Translations under genes and position numbers: made by a program
Part shown: piece after piece, positions 7,705-16,925 of the stretch
Position numbering within the stretch: position 1 is the stretch's first letter
Layout of the letters: every line of letters starts with the position of its first letter
The notes under the pieces: model-generated
Seen by the model: the letters and a program-made list of their open reading frames with translations, nothing else
Databases searched by the model: none
What the model was told of the DNA's origin: nothing
NCBI GenBank assembly: GCA_964354495.1
Contig: CAYHAA010000014.1
Coordinates: 47,392 to 79,391, forward strand
Length of the DNA stretch: 32,000 nt
Origin: an uncultured archaeon
GTDB taxonomy: Archaea; Asgardarchaeota; Thorarchaeia; Thorarchaeales; Thorarchaeaceae
Direction of reading: 5' to 3'

Positions 7705-9510
7705 ATGAACCTCGAAGAAGACTCGCAACATTTCTTTATCAATAGCCATGCGCATCCATCAGAGCGCGAGGTGTTGAGGTTGTCCGCCACACTGCAAGAC
7801 ACTGAATGGATACAGAGAGTACTAGACGTTGTCAATGAAGGCATGATAGTCATTCAAGACGAGGACATTGTGATGGCAAACTCTGCTTTCGCTGATATGC
7901 TGGAATATGACAGCAATGAGATCATAGACATCGCCTTCGAGGACCTCGTGGACAAGCTCTCTCGACGACATGACCGTGAGCTTATTGAATCTCTGATTAG
8001 TGGTGAGGATTTGTCGAAGTTCTCTACCCGCCTCGCGTCAAAGAACGGTCGCACTCTCCATGTTGAGATTACTCCCACACAAGTCACCCTGAAAGGAAAT
8101 CTGGCGATTCTAGCGAGCATTAGAAACATCTCGAAACAAATAGCATTGGAAGCAGCTGTGACTGAATTGGAGAACAGATTCGCGTCGCTCTATGATATGT
8201 CTCCCGTAGCATATTTCACCTTGAATCGAAATAGCGTGATAGAGCAGGTCAATGCTGCAGCTGAGGAGTTGCTCAGAACAAATGCTGAAGAGATAATAGG
8301 AAAACCTCTTTCTGTCTTCCTCCCAGAGCCAAAGCCTGGTTACAATCCTGGTGCCGACATCACAAGAGAAGTTCTGCTCGGCAAGAGCGTTAAAGACCTT
8401 GAGATGGAGTTTCGTAATAAGGAAGGAAGGAGTCTCTGGGCGAGTGTATCAGCTCGTTCCTTATCGTCCGACCCAGAGAAGCCAATTGAGATTGCGTTGA
8501 CTGCTGCAGACATCACCCGTCGGCGAGTCATGGAACAGAATCTTCGCGAGGAGAGAGAAAGGGCGAGTCTCTACCTGGATGTAATGACAAGCGACCTGAA
8601 TATGACAAATCAGAACGTTCTCTTCGCCTTGGAGGATCTCAGCATTTCCTTGGACCTTCCTGAGCGACTGAAGTCGCTCTTGAGCGAGACCGCATGGAGC
8701 CTTAGAAATGCTGCACGGATGATAGCCAATATCGGCGTTTTGATATCTCTCGACAAGTCGCCTCCTGAGAAGACTCAGACACGACTTCTTCCTCATTTCA
8801 AGAAGGCTGTAAGTGAGGCGTTAAGAGACTTCGAATGGAAATCTCTTCAGATATCCTCGAACATCGCAGACATCGATTTTGATGTAATAGGACATGCATT
8901 CATGTGGTACATATTTTTCAACATCATTCACTACTGTGCAAGTTCTGATACAAGTGAAGAAGTCGTTCTCAACATTCATGCTGAAATGACGGAAGCAGAC
9001 GACATGGTTAGAATCGAATTTGAAGATAGAGGGCCGGGTACACCGGATGGCGAGAAGGCACACATATTCAGAAGAGGGGAAGAGTCTAGGGACCAGCTGG
9101 CAGGAAAGGGTCTCAGTCTCACGGTTGTTGAACGATATATCTCACAGCTGGGTGGGAGGATCTGGGTTGAAGACAGAGTACGAGGCGATTATACTCAGGG
9201 ATCAAGGTTCATCGTTCTAATCCCTGCTTGGAAGGAAGTACTAGCAGTTCCACAGATCATCTTCTATAAATCAGACCACTGCGTCTTCTGCGGGCCAGTT
9301 CTTGCCAGCTTGACTGCTGTTCTGACCGAAATGGGTATTGCAACTTATGCAATAAAGACCATCAACGTTGATGATCCCGCCAGTGAGGTTTCTGAGGGTG
9401 ACCTGCCTGCTCTGCCAACCATCTATATGGGCCCAGAGCTGCTGTCTGGCTATCTCTCAGAAGATGATCTTCGAGCTGCTGTCACAAAGATGCTATTCAC
9501 ATCAGGTTGA
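7705..9510 (+). CDS. PAS-PAS-DHp-HATPase-like pseudo-histidine kinase with a C-terminal thioredoxin-fold (CVFC) domain
   Basis: Two PAS-like repeats. The H-box reads MTSDLN (His replaced by Ser), the N-box reads NIIHYC, G1 is DRGPG and G2 is GKGLSL. The C-terminus reads FYKSDHCVFC...INVDDP...LPALPT. Confidence 0.88.
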   Translation: MNLEEDSQHFFINSHAHPSEREVLRLSATLQDTEWIQRVLDVVNEGMIVIQDEDIVMANSAFADMLEYDSNEIIDIAFEDLVDKLSRRHDRELIESLISGEDLSKFSTRLASKNGRTLHVEITPTQVTLKGNLAILASIRNISKQIALEAAVTELENRFASLYDMSPVAYFTLNRNSVIEQVNAAAEELLRTNAEEIIGKPLSVFLPEPKPGYNPGADITREVLLGKSVKDLEMEFRNKEGRSLWASVSARSLSSDPEKPIEIALTAADITRRRVMEQNLREERERASLYLDVMTSDLNMTNQNVLFALEDLSISLDLPERLKSLLSETAWSLRNAARMIANIGVLISLDKSPPEKTQTRLLPHFKKAVSEALRDFEWKSLQISSNIADIDFDVIGHAFMWYIFFNIIHYCASSDTSEEVVLNIHAEMTEADDMVRIEFEDRGPGTPDGEKAHIFRRGEESRDQLAGKGLSLTVVERYISQLGGRIWVEDRVRGDYTQGSRFIVLIPAWKEVLAVPQIIFYKSDHCVFCGPVLASLTAVLTEMGIATYAIKTINVDDPASEVSEGDLPALPTIYMGPELLSGYLSEDDLRAAVTKMLFTSG

Positions 9511-9515
9511 TTGGA

Positions 9516-10631
9516 TTAGACTTTCGAGGGCATTGGAGCAAGGATGTCATCCTCGTCCTTGATTCCCATCTCAGAAATACCCATGTTCGGGTAAACGGTT
9601 ATTTCATCCCGAAGAGCAATCATATAGCCATCGTGTTCAGTCCTGATGATACCGTCACCAACAGGTCTTCCATGAATATCCGTAATCTTTGCGATTACCT
9701 GACCCTTGGTGACCCTCTCACCTGGACCTACAAGCATTCTCACAATTCCTGAATGCATTGCTCGAGGATGTTCAATCCTTCTGATTCTGTATTCAGGTAC
9801 CGGCACTTTGTACTCAGTTATTGCTTCTTTGGGAGAATCCAGCATTCCCGCCCACCTCAGCAGGTTCCTTGTTGCCTTTACGGCACCTGCAACAATTTCG
9901 GGAATGAGGACGCTATTACTCCCCAGCTCGACAGTGAACGCTGGGATTCTCAAAGTATTGAGGACAGCGCCGGAGAGCGAGCGGTGATATTTCAGGTTCA
10001 TATACTTCTTCGGTGGAAAGTCCGCAGTCATCATGGCTCCAGCACCGAACGCCTTGACCATACCAAGTTGTCTTCTTGCCAGTTCTTCGGCTTGTTTCTT
10101 CTCGTTCTCACCGTCATAGAAGACTCGGTCTAGGATGGAATAGGGAACGGAACGAAGTGAATGATTGTGGATATCAAGGTGATAGTCGGCATACCTCTCG
10201 AAGTACGAGAAGAGTAGTGTGGCCACTTGTTCGTAGGGTTTTGGATACTTCTTATCCTCGTCATCCTCATCCGGTTTGGCGAATCTACCTTCTGGAAACT
10301 GGCGGTTTGGGTCCTCATCTTGGTACTCCGGATGGCGACGATTTAATCGTAACGCTGTCGGATTCAGGGTTGGTATTGAAACGATGGTTCCTTTGAGCTC
10401 CGTTACTAAGTCCTCAGTCACTAATTCATGAAGAACAGCAACACCCGTTAGTTCATTTCCATGGATGTTTGCAGTCAGGAAGAATGTCGGTCCATCTATC
10501 TTCCCCTGAGCTATCACGACTGGTATTCTGTCAACGGTGCCCGTAGGCAGAGGCATTACGTCGATGAATCCATACTTGATGGTTCCGGGTTCACTTCTGA
10601 TATTGCCAATTTTGATTTTCTTCATCGGCAT
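9516..10631 (-). CDS. Succinylglutamate desuccinylase/aspartoacylase family (M14 metallopeptidase-like)
   Basis: Zn-binding HGNE, LDIHNH and catalytic VELG motifs, with a C-terminal biotinyl/lipoyl-like barrel. Start trimmed to ATG 10631. Confidence 0.88.
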   Translation of the reverse strand: MPMKKIKIGNIRSEPGTIKYGFIDVMPLPTGTVDRIPVVIAQGKIDGPTFFLTANIHGNELTGVAVLHELVTEDLVTELKGTIVSIPTLNPTALRLNRRHPEYQDEDPNRQFPEGRFAKPDEDDEDKKYPKPYEQVATLLFSYFERYADYHLDIHNHSLRSVPYSILDRVFYDGENEKKQAEELARRQLGMVKAFGAGAMMTADFPPKKYMNLKYHRSLSGAVLNTLRIPAFTVELGSNSVLIPEIVAGAVKATRNLLRWAGMLDSPKEAITEYKVPVPEYRIRRIEHPRAMHSGIVRMLVGPGERVTKGQVIAKITDIHGRPVGDGIIRTEHDGYMIALRDEITVYPNMGISEMGIKDEDDILAPMPSKV

Positions 10632-10814
10632 CAGCCTTCCACCAATGCTGGAGCAATTCGGTCCTTTTAATGCATCGGGAGATGGATTCGGTTGCCCCGG
10701 CGGTCTATTCGATGGTCTAGGAAGAAACGCACTTTGTGCCATACATGCGCGCACTGATTTCTTGGTTGGTCACTCTTATTAGGCAAGACACGGATAGTTC
10801 AGTGGGCAAGCATA

Positions 10815-12029
10815 GTGCGGGTATTGATGCGACTTCCATTATGGTCTAGGCTTCTAATGAAGGCACTACTGGTCATGCTTTTCCCACTTCAGTTCGGAAT
10901 CAGGAGCCCACTAGATGTTCTCAGTCTCCCATTCCAAGGACTGCTCTTCACGTCATGGTATCCAACGTACATATTCATTCTAGAGCGAGTACCAGATATC
11001 TCAGTCATCACTCACATCGGCCTGAACTTGTTTATTGGTGTAATGCTCGCCCTACCAGCTATCCTCTTCAACTATCGCCTGGCCAGGAGTCCTGCGAATA
11101 GGCGCATGAGAAGACTTGCAGCTGCTGCATTAGTGTTATCCGGATTGATGGTTTTCATGGTTCTGTTGTTCATTTCAGCGGCCATAATCGGTTCGGCTGG
11201 TTACTACAGCCACATGATCTTTCAGAATATTCTGACCTTTCCGACAATTGCAGTCGGTACCTTCATTGTCCTTCCAATAATACAGCGGCAAGCTATCTTG
11301 ATTGCATCTCCCAAGGAGGTGCATAGTTGTTCGCCAGATGAACTGCAGAAGCATCCACAGTCCGGCGTTGGCAGAGAGGTAACTCTGTCTACAATACTTT
11401 GGGCAAGCTTGTATTTTCTTCCCTTTCTCTTGTCCCCGGAGTACTCGTTCTACTATGGCCAAGAATTCTATGTGTCCTCACTTGCCTGTGGAGTGACCAT
11501 TTACTTTGGCGGTGGCATTTATCCTCAGGTTGGGCCGGCACTGATCTACGGTTCAATTGTTCCTCTTTTCACTTTGCCATCATTGTGCATTCTCAGTTCT
11601 CTAAGATTCGTCTTTGTTCGGGATATCTATAGGCATCTGAAACACGAAATGACCTATCGAAGGTTGCTGTACTTGGGGTTTCTTGCAGATTTCTTTCCTG
11701 TGATTGCCTACGTAGTGATACCGCGCATTTTGTTTGGTGGGTATATCTTATCGTCGATTGTTTTCCCGCTACCCTTTCTGGCAGTTGTTGGGCTGCTAGT
11801 CACAAGACTCCATAGGTCGGTCCTGCGTCTTCCGAACCGGATATGGGATGATGTTGAAGCGAGGATGTGGTTTGAGGAAGAAGAGAAACGACAAGACGTA
11901 GCACCTGTCCTTGAGAAAGCAGGTCGACCCGAAGATGAGACAATCACAGTGCCCTTGACCTACATAATGGTCTCTCACATTCGAAGGAGACGGCACAACG
12001 AGAATTCGAGAAGGCCCGATAGGGAGTGA
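10815..12029 (+). CDS. Uncharacterised polytopic membrane protein with a charged C-terminal tail
   Basis: 404-aa ORF with about 8-9 hydrophobic segments and no family motif I recognise. Start uncertain. Confidence 0.75.
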   Translation: MRVLMRLPLWSRLLMKALLVMLFPLQFGIRSPLDVLSLPFQGLLFTSWYPTYIFILERVPDISVITHIGLNLFIGVMLALPAILFNYRLARSPANRRMRRLAAAALVLSGLMVFMVLLFISAAIIGSAGYYSHMIFQNILTFPTIAVGTFIVLPIIQRQAILIASPKEVHSCSPDELQKHPQSGVGREVTLSTILWASLYFLPFLLSPEYSFYYGQEFYVSSLACGVTIYFGGGIYPQVGPALIYGSIVPLFTLPSLCILSSLRFVFVRDIYRHLKHEMTYRRLLYLGFLADFFPVIAYVVIPRILFGGYILSSIVFPLPFLAVVGLLVTRLHRSVLRLPNRIWDDVEARMWFEEEEKRQDVAPVLEKAGRPEDETITVPLTYIMVSHIRRRRHNENSRRPDRE

Positions 12030-12095
12030 CCTAGGTCACTGCTGAGGTCTCTCAGGCTTCAGGGAGTCGTCGATATGGGTATCCAAGTTCTGTAG

Positions 12096-13532
12096 TTACT
12101 CAGCATTGAATACCAGAGTCTTGACAACAACCGGAACCACAACATCTTCGATTATGGGAGCGCCAATATCAATGAAGTCTCCTTCTCTCAAGGCTATCTC
12201 ATCAATAGATAGTATTTCGTTCGTTATGCCTGTTTCCCGACGCATGATATTGCCAACACTGTTTCCGATATCGGTGTCAAAGCACATCAGTATTGGTAGA
12301 TTCTTCGATATTGTCGTTGGAAGTGCCGCGACTACGCCCCTTGCGAACTCTGCCAGATTCTCATAAGAGGGTCTCACAGCGTCATTGAACGATAGGATCA
12401 TCCTGTCTTCACCCTCACAGAGATCAAATCTTCGAAGGGCACTTGAAACAGCGCCTTTGATATCCGCAGCAGATGCCTTTCTCTTGGACGTATACGGTAC
12501 CAACACGGGGACATTTCTGATAGGGTAGTCGAGTCCCGAAGATAGAAATGTCGTGGACCCGCTGACCTGGAGGCTGAAACTTCCTGCCCCAATGACAGTT
12601 GCTCGAATTCTTTGGTCCGGGTTCTCCACGGGCAATCCGAGTGGACGCGCCTTCTTCGCTATTGACTTGGCGAGGTCAGTGCCCAGGTCGTTAAAGTACT
12701 CCTTTTCTGATTTATAGATATATTCAGCAACTCCACCAGAGAACGTAATGGAATCGACGTGTTCATTCACTTGCAGTTGAGGCGTCATCATCAAGAGCTG
12801 CGTGCTCTTCAGCATGCTCTTTCCCTGCAGTGCTTCAATAAGGGCATCCGCTAATTCGTCCGCAATCTTGCGTCTATCTGCCGCAGCGAATGCCTGCCCG
12901 ATTTCGAGATTGATGCCTATTAGCGACGCGAGCTTCCTTCCCATCTCCTCCAGCCGAACAATGATGCCAGACCCATCAGTGGCAACAAGCCGCCCTCCCA
13001 CATTTATTGCTGCAGTTGCCAGTACTCTCCCATCTTTGCAGACCGCAATTTTGGAGGAGCCACCTCCTACATCAACATTCATGATTGTCTTTCCAGTCGA
13101 CATCGACCTTGCAACCGCTCCGGATCCATGTGCCGCCAAGACCGCTTCAAAATTGGGACCAGCAGTAGCAGCAACGAATTTGCCGGACTCTCCTGCCAAC
13201 GCATTCACGATCCACTCTGCATTGTTCTTCTTTGCAGTTTCGCCGGTAACGATGACTGCTCCAGTGTCAATATCAGAGATGGCAATCTTGGCTGCGCGAT
13301 AATCGTCGAGTAAGAGGTCTCTGAGTTTGGAGTAGTCAACGTTCTGTGCATCCTTGAACGGAGTCAGGTGGATTGGACCCGAGTGAATTATTTCACGGTC
13401 GACAATTTCGAATTTCTCGGTAGTTGATTTCGTATTCTTCTCTAATACAATTCTGCTGAACACGATGTGTGATGTTGAGGATCCTATGTCAATACCAACA
13501 CTGGTCAGTTCTTTTCGTTGGGTCCTTAGAAT
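12096..13532 (-). CDS. eutA: Ethanolamine ammonia-lyase reactivating factor EutA (actin-like ATPase fold)
   Basis: SVGIDIGSSTSH lies in frame upstream of the ORF-track start. Also DTGAVIVTGETA, ATAGPNFE, NVDVGGGSSK, FSGGVAEY and IRATVIGAG. The start is placed at ATT 13532-13530 by inference. Confidence 0.88.
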   Translation of the reverse strand: MLRTQRKELTSVGIDIGSSTSHIVFSRIVLEKNTKSTTEKFEIVDREIIHSGPIHLTPFKDAQNVDYSKLRDLLLDDYRAAKIAISDIDTGAVIVTGETAKKNNAEWIVNALAGESGKFVAATAGPNFEAVLAAHGSGAVARSMSTGKTIMNVDVGGGSSKIAVCKDGRVLATAAINVGGRLVATDGSGIIVRLEEMGRKLASLIGINLEIGQAFAAADRRKIADELADALIEALQGKSMLKSTQLLMMTPQLQVNEHVDSITFSGGVAEYIYKSEKEYFNDLGTDLAKSIAKKARPLGLPVENPDQRIRATVIGAGSFSLQVSGSTTFLSSGLDYPIRNVPVLVPYTSKRKASAADIKGAVSSALRRFDLCEGEDRMILSFNDAVRPSYENLAEFARGVVAALPTTISKNLPILMCFDTDIGNSVGNIMRRETGITNEILSIDEIALREGDFIDIGAPIIEDVVVPVVVKTLVFNAE

Positions 13533-13668
13533 TTCTGTCCACTCCGCAAAAGGTTAGATGGCGCCCGCTGCTTCGCTGCGCCTTTTAGGTTTGCTATTCG
13601 GGCCTTCCGATGGTTTGAAGTACTGCTTTTCTTATCAGTGTTTTACTGCACGAAATTGGTGAACAGCA

Positions 13669-14184
13669 ATGGATGTCATAAAAGCAATCAGAGAACGAAG
13701 GAGTATTCGAAAATACAAGTCGAAAGAGGTTAGCGAAGAGAGTATAGATATCATTCTTCAAGCTGGTAGATGGGCACCATCCGCGTCGAACAAGCAGCCT
13801 TGGCATTTCATTGTTGTCCGAGATCCCAACCTCCGAAAAAGACTAGCTGATGCTCATGCCTATGGGAGATACATGAAGGAATCACCAGTCGTGATTGTCG
13901 TGCTTGGAGATCCACAGAAGCACCCGAGGTACTATCTTGCAGACCCTCACCAAGCCGTTCAAAATATGTTGCTTGCGGCATACAATCTGGGAATCAGTAC
14001 GTGCTGGATGGGCGTTCGTGATACAGACATAGAGCCTGCATTCAGAGAGATACTCAACATTCCAGATGATCTAAGGGTCATCTGCTCAGTTTCCGTAGGG
14101 TATGGTGACGAGGAACGCACTAGTTCACGATACCCCCTTGATGAGATTGTTTCGTGGGAGACCTTCGGGAATAAATCCAAGTGA
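13669..14184 (+). CDS. Nitroreductase family flavoprotein
   Basis: RRSIRKY, APSASNKQPWHF, QNMLLAAYNLGISTCWMG. Confidence 0.93.
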   Translation: MDVIKAIRERRSIRKYKSKEVSEESIDIILQAGRWAPSASNKQPWHFIVVRDPNLRKRLADAHAYGRYMKESPVVIVVLGDPQKHPRYYLADPHQAVQNMLLAAYNLGISTCWMGVRDTDIEPAFREILNIPDDLRVICSVSVGYGDEERTSSRYPLDEIVSWETFGNKSK

Positions 14185-14190
14185 CCTACT

Positions 14191-14598
14191 ATGCCCGCAT
14201 CTAAGGATCTGGATTTCCTGCTTGCAAATATGACTCCCGAGATTATTCTAGGAGAGTATGTCTTCACAACTGTTGATGAACACACTCTTCAAGAGCTCAG
14301 TGACAGCCCAGTACTTGTATTCCGTGAGAGCGAGGGTGTCACCGTGATTCTAAGAAAGGAGGTGGCTGATGCCAAGGCTCTCCTCTACGAAGAGGTGTGG
14401 GGTCTCATAACTCTCTCTGTTCATTCGTCGCTGTCCGCAATAGGATTTCTCGCCGCTGTGACGAGGGAGCTAGCAAAGGCATCAATCAGTGTGAATGCTG
14501 TGTCTGCAGTCTATCATGATCATCTATTCGTTCCCCTGGATCGAGTCCGCGAAGCAATGACCGTACTGCGCGACTTGTCAAGTACTAGACGGAAATGA
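14191..14598 (+). CDS. ACT-domain protein (DUF2241/ACT_7 type)
   Basis: GEYVF, FRESEGVTVIL, ITLSVHSSLSAIGFLA...HDHLFVP. Confidence 0.85.
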   Translation: MPASKDLDFLLANMTPEIILGEYVFTTVDEHTLQELSDSPVLVFRESEGVTVILRKEVADAKALLYEEVWGLITLSVHSSLSAIGFLAAVTRELAKASISVNAVSAVYHDHLFVPLDRVREAMTVLRDLSSTRRK

Positions 14599-15076
14599 TG
14601 ACCTCTTTTGATCTCTTGCCACTCATGTAGTCAATGTCGATTCGTCCAATGTTGATGCGTTTCAGCGACTTTGCTGTAATCTGAGTTTCGATTACCTTCT
14701 CGGGGTTCGGTTCAAGCTGATGAATCATGACCTGGAGCGCGTGTTTCTTTTCTGCCGCATTCTTGATGAAGCTTACCGTGCCCCTAAACTGCGTTGTAGC
14801 CCAGAGGTGATCACAGGCACCTTCAACGTAGCCCTTGTCATCGATAGCCTGCCCCCATACCGTATTATTTTGGTTGAGAATGTCAATCTTCTTTCCTTCG
14901 TGAGCGCAGTGGAAATAGATGCAATGTTTTTCTCGGTCGAATCCGTGGCTCAGCGTCACTAGATACGGTTCATTATTTTGGCACATTGCAATAGTCACAT
15001 ATTTTGCTCTTTCAAGAATCGTCATCATTTCCTCGTCGCTTTCAATCGCCTTCTCTTTTCTTCGAATTCCTCTCAT
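14585..15076 (-). CDS. Pyridoxamine 5'-phosphate oxidase-like / NimA-like flavin-binding protein
   Basis: RRKEK...EPYLVTLSHG...IYFHCAHEGKKID. Start could be 15076, 15091 or 15094. Confidence 0.85.
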   Translation of the reverse strand: MRGIRRKEKAIESDEEMMTILERAKYVTIAMCQNNEPYLVTLSHGFDREKHCIYFHCAHEGKKIDILNQNNTVWGQAIDDKGYVEGACDHLWATTQFRGTVSFIKNAAEKKHALQVMIHQLEPNPEKVIETQITAKSLKRINIGRIDIDYMSGKRSKEVIISV

Positions 15077-15111
15077 TGTACCACTCTCCATCAACTCGAC
15101 AGCATCCTCTG

Positions 15112-15861
15112 TTACGAACTTCTTGAACCCAGGAATGGTGTCAGCTGTATCAATAGTTGACCTAGAGCATACGTGATTCCGACATAGGATCCTGCTAGAA
15201 ATGTATCATCCGTGAAATCGTGATATGCAATTAGCCAATCAGAGAATAGGAATAGGAAGAATCCAAGTATCAGAGCTACTCTGAACAGCAGGGGGAAATT
15301 GCCGGTCCATTTCGTAATTGCGAATGCAAGCACAGTCACCAATAGAATGCCATAGGCTAACGCTCCAACACTAAGTACGAGCATCGCGGGATTGAAGACT
15401 GTGAAGTAGAAGATGACCAGAACTACCGCTACGCAAACGATCCATACTATGAGATTGCGTGCAATTAGCTTCCTTCCGCCGCTGTCTTTTTTCTGAAGTA
15501 GAAGTGGTGATCTGTTTCTTAGACCCATCAGGTAAAACACATGTCCAATGCCAAAGAGCAGGATGCCATTGACTAGAGGCTCAGGGGTGATATAGATAAT
15601 CCCGGCCATCAGGAAATCGCCAATTGCCCCACACACCATGGCAAAGAAAAGCAACAGCGCATAGGTCTTCCATTCGCTGTTGGCCCCTCTATGAAGAGCC
15701 ACGTAGTTCAGAAGGGCCAATAGGACGATGGCAATCGATGATGAGAGAAACAAGGGTTGCGAATTATCCATCACTACAAATGCAACAATAAGTACCAATA
15801 TACCAATAACTATGAGGAGTCGCAGAATGTCAATACTTGATCTCAGATACTTCCCGGACAT
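15112..15861 (-). CDS. YhhN / lysoplasmalogenase (TMEM86)-family membrane hydrolase
   Basis: GAIGDFLM, FGIGHVFY, LFSDWLIA and TYALGQLLI match YhhN motifs. A GGTGA RBS precedes ATG 15861. Confidence 0.8.
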   Translation of the reverse strand: MSGKYLRSSIDILRLLIVIGILVLIVAFVVMDNSQPLFLSSSIAIVLLALLNYVALHRGANSEWKTYALLLFFAMVCGAIGDFLMAGIIYITPEPLVNGILLFGIGHVFYLMGLRNRSPLLLQKKDSGGRKLIARNLIVWIVCVAVVLVIFYFTVFNPAMLVLSVGALAYGILLVTVLAFAITKWTGNFPLLFRVALILGFFLFLFSDWLIAYHDFTDDTFLAGSYVGITYALGQLLIQLTPFLGSRSS

Positions 15862-15977
15862 TGCTTCACCAGCACGTATTCTTTCATCTTGCATGTCCAA
15901 ACCAAGCGTTAAGCATTTCTGATAGGAGAAACACGTCTGGGATAACCCTTTTCTGTCTCCTTACCCGTGACTGAGTC

Positions 15978-16925
15978 ATGGTCACTCTCGCTGATGTCCG
16001 TGCAGCAAGTAATAGAATCCAAGGTGCTGTGCTGAAGACCCCTGTTATGACATCAACGACAATTGATAAGTTGTCAGGAGGCAGCGTCTTCTTCAAGTGC
16101 GAAAATTTCCAGCGCGCCGGAGCTTTCAAGTTCAGGGGCGCGTTTAATGCAATCAGCCAGCTGACCCCCGAGGAACGCCAGAGGGGTGTTATTGCTCATT
16201 CCTCCGGCAATCACGCTCAGGCTCTTGCACTGGCAGCATCGATGCTCGGTGTGAAAGCAACGGCCGTCATGCCAAAGAACTCCTCGCAGGTGAAAGTCAA
16301 TGCAACGCGAGGTTATGGTGCCGAGGTTGTCTTTTGCGAGAACACCGTAGAGAGCAGAGCATCTGTGTGTGATTCTCTCGCCAAACAGCATGGCTACACC
16401 CTTATTCATCCCTACAATGACCCTCGAGTTATTGCAGGAGCCGGCACAGCAGCGCTCGAACTCATCGAAGAGGTTGGCTGCTTGGACTATGTCTTTGCCC
16501 CTGTCGGAGGCGGCGGATTCCTGAGTGGCACTTCGATCGCAGCCAAGGGCCTCTCTCCTACCATAGAGGTGATTGCAGTCGAACCTGCAAATGCAGATGA
16601 TGCCTATCGTTCCTTCAGGGCAGGGAAGATACTTCCTAGCGTGAATCCTCACACAATAGCTGATGGTCTGAGGACCCAACTGGGAGATCTCACATTCGCG
16701 GTGATTCAGAAGAACGTGAATGATATCATCACCGTGACAGAGGAGGAAATCGTTAGTGCAATGAGATTTCTCTGGGAACGCATGAAGCTCGTAGTTGAAC
16801 CATCTGGTGCAGTCTCTCTGGCTGGACTACTAAAGCAGAAGAGCAGAATGAAACACAGACGTGCTGGCGTGATGATAAGTGGGGGTAATATCGACCTCAC
16901 AAGTTACTTCGATACGCTTCTATGA
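15978..16925 (+). CDS. PLP-dependent threonine/serine dehydratase or serine racemase-like enzyme (no regulatory ACT domain)
   Basis: KCENFQRAGAFKFRGA (PLP lysine), SSGNHAQ, PVGGGG, EPSGA, SGGN. Confidence 0.92.
   Translation: MVTLADVRAASNRIQGAVLKTPVMTSTTIDKLSGGSVFFKCENFQRAGAFKFRGAFNAISQLTPEERQRGVIAHSSGNHAQALALAASMLGVKATAVMPKNSSQVKVNATRGYGAEVVFCENTVESRASVCDSLAKQHGYTLIHPYNDPRVIAGAGTAALELIEEVGCLDYVFAPVGGGGFLSGTSIAAKGLSPTIEVIAVEPANADDAYRSFRAGKILPSVNPHTIADGLRTQLGDLTFAVIQKNVNDIITVTEEEIVSAMRFLWERMKLVVEPSGAVSLAGLLKQKSRMKHRRAGVMISGGNIDLTSYFDTLL

Noticed and set aside
12025-12040. 16-bp perfect palindrome AGTGACCTAGGTCACT
   Set aside because: It overlaps a stop codon at a convergent junction and is compatible with chance or a terminator role. 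No second copy was seen.
13545-13620. Riboswitch upstream of eutA (GCAAACCTAAAAGGCGCA resembles c-di-GMP-I; B12 element considered)
   Set aside because: The stem is only 3 bp, and the remaining c-di-GMP core and the B12-box consensus are missing.
14191-14598. ACT protein as a CASTOR1-like eukaryotic signature protein
   Set aside because: This short DUF2241/ACT_7 form is widespread in bacteria.
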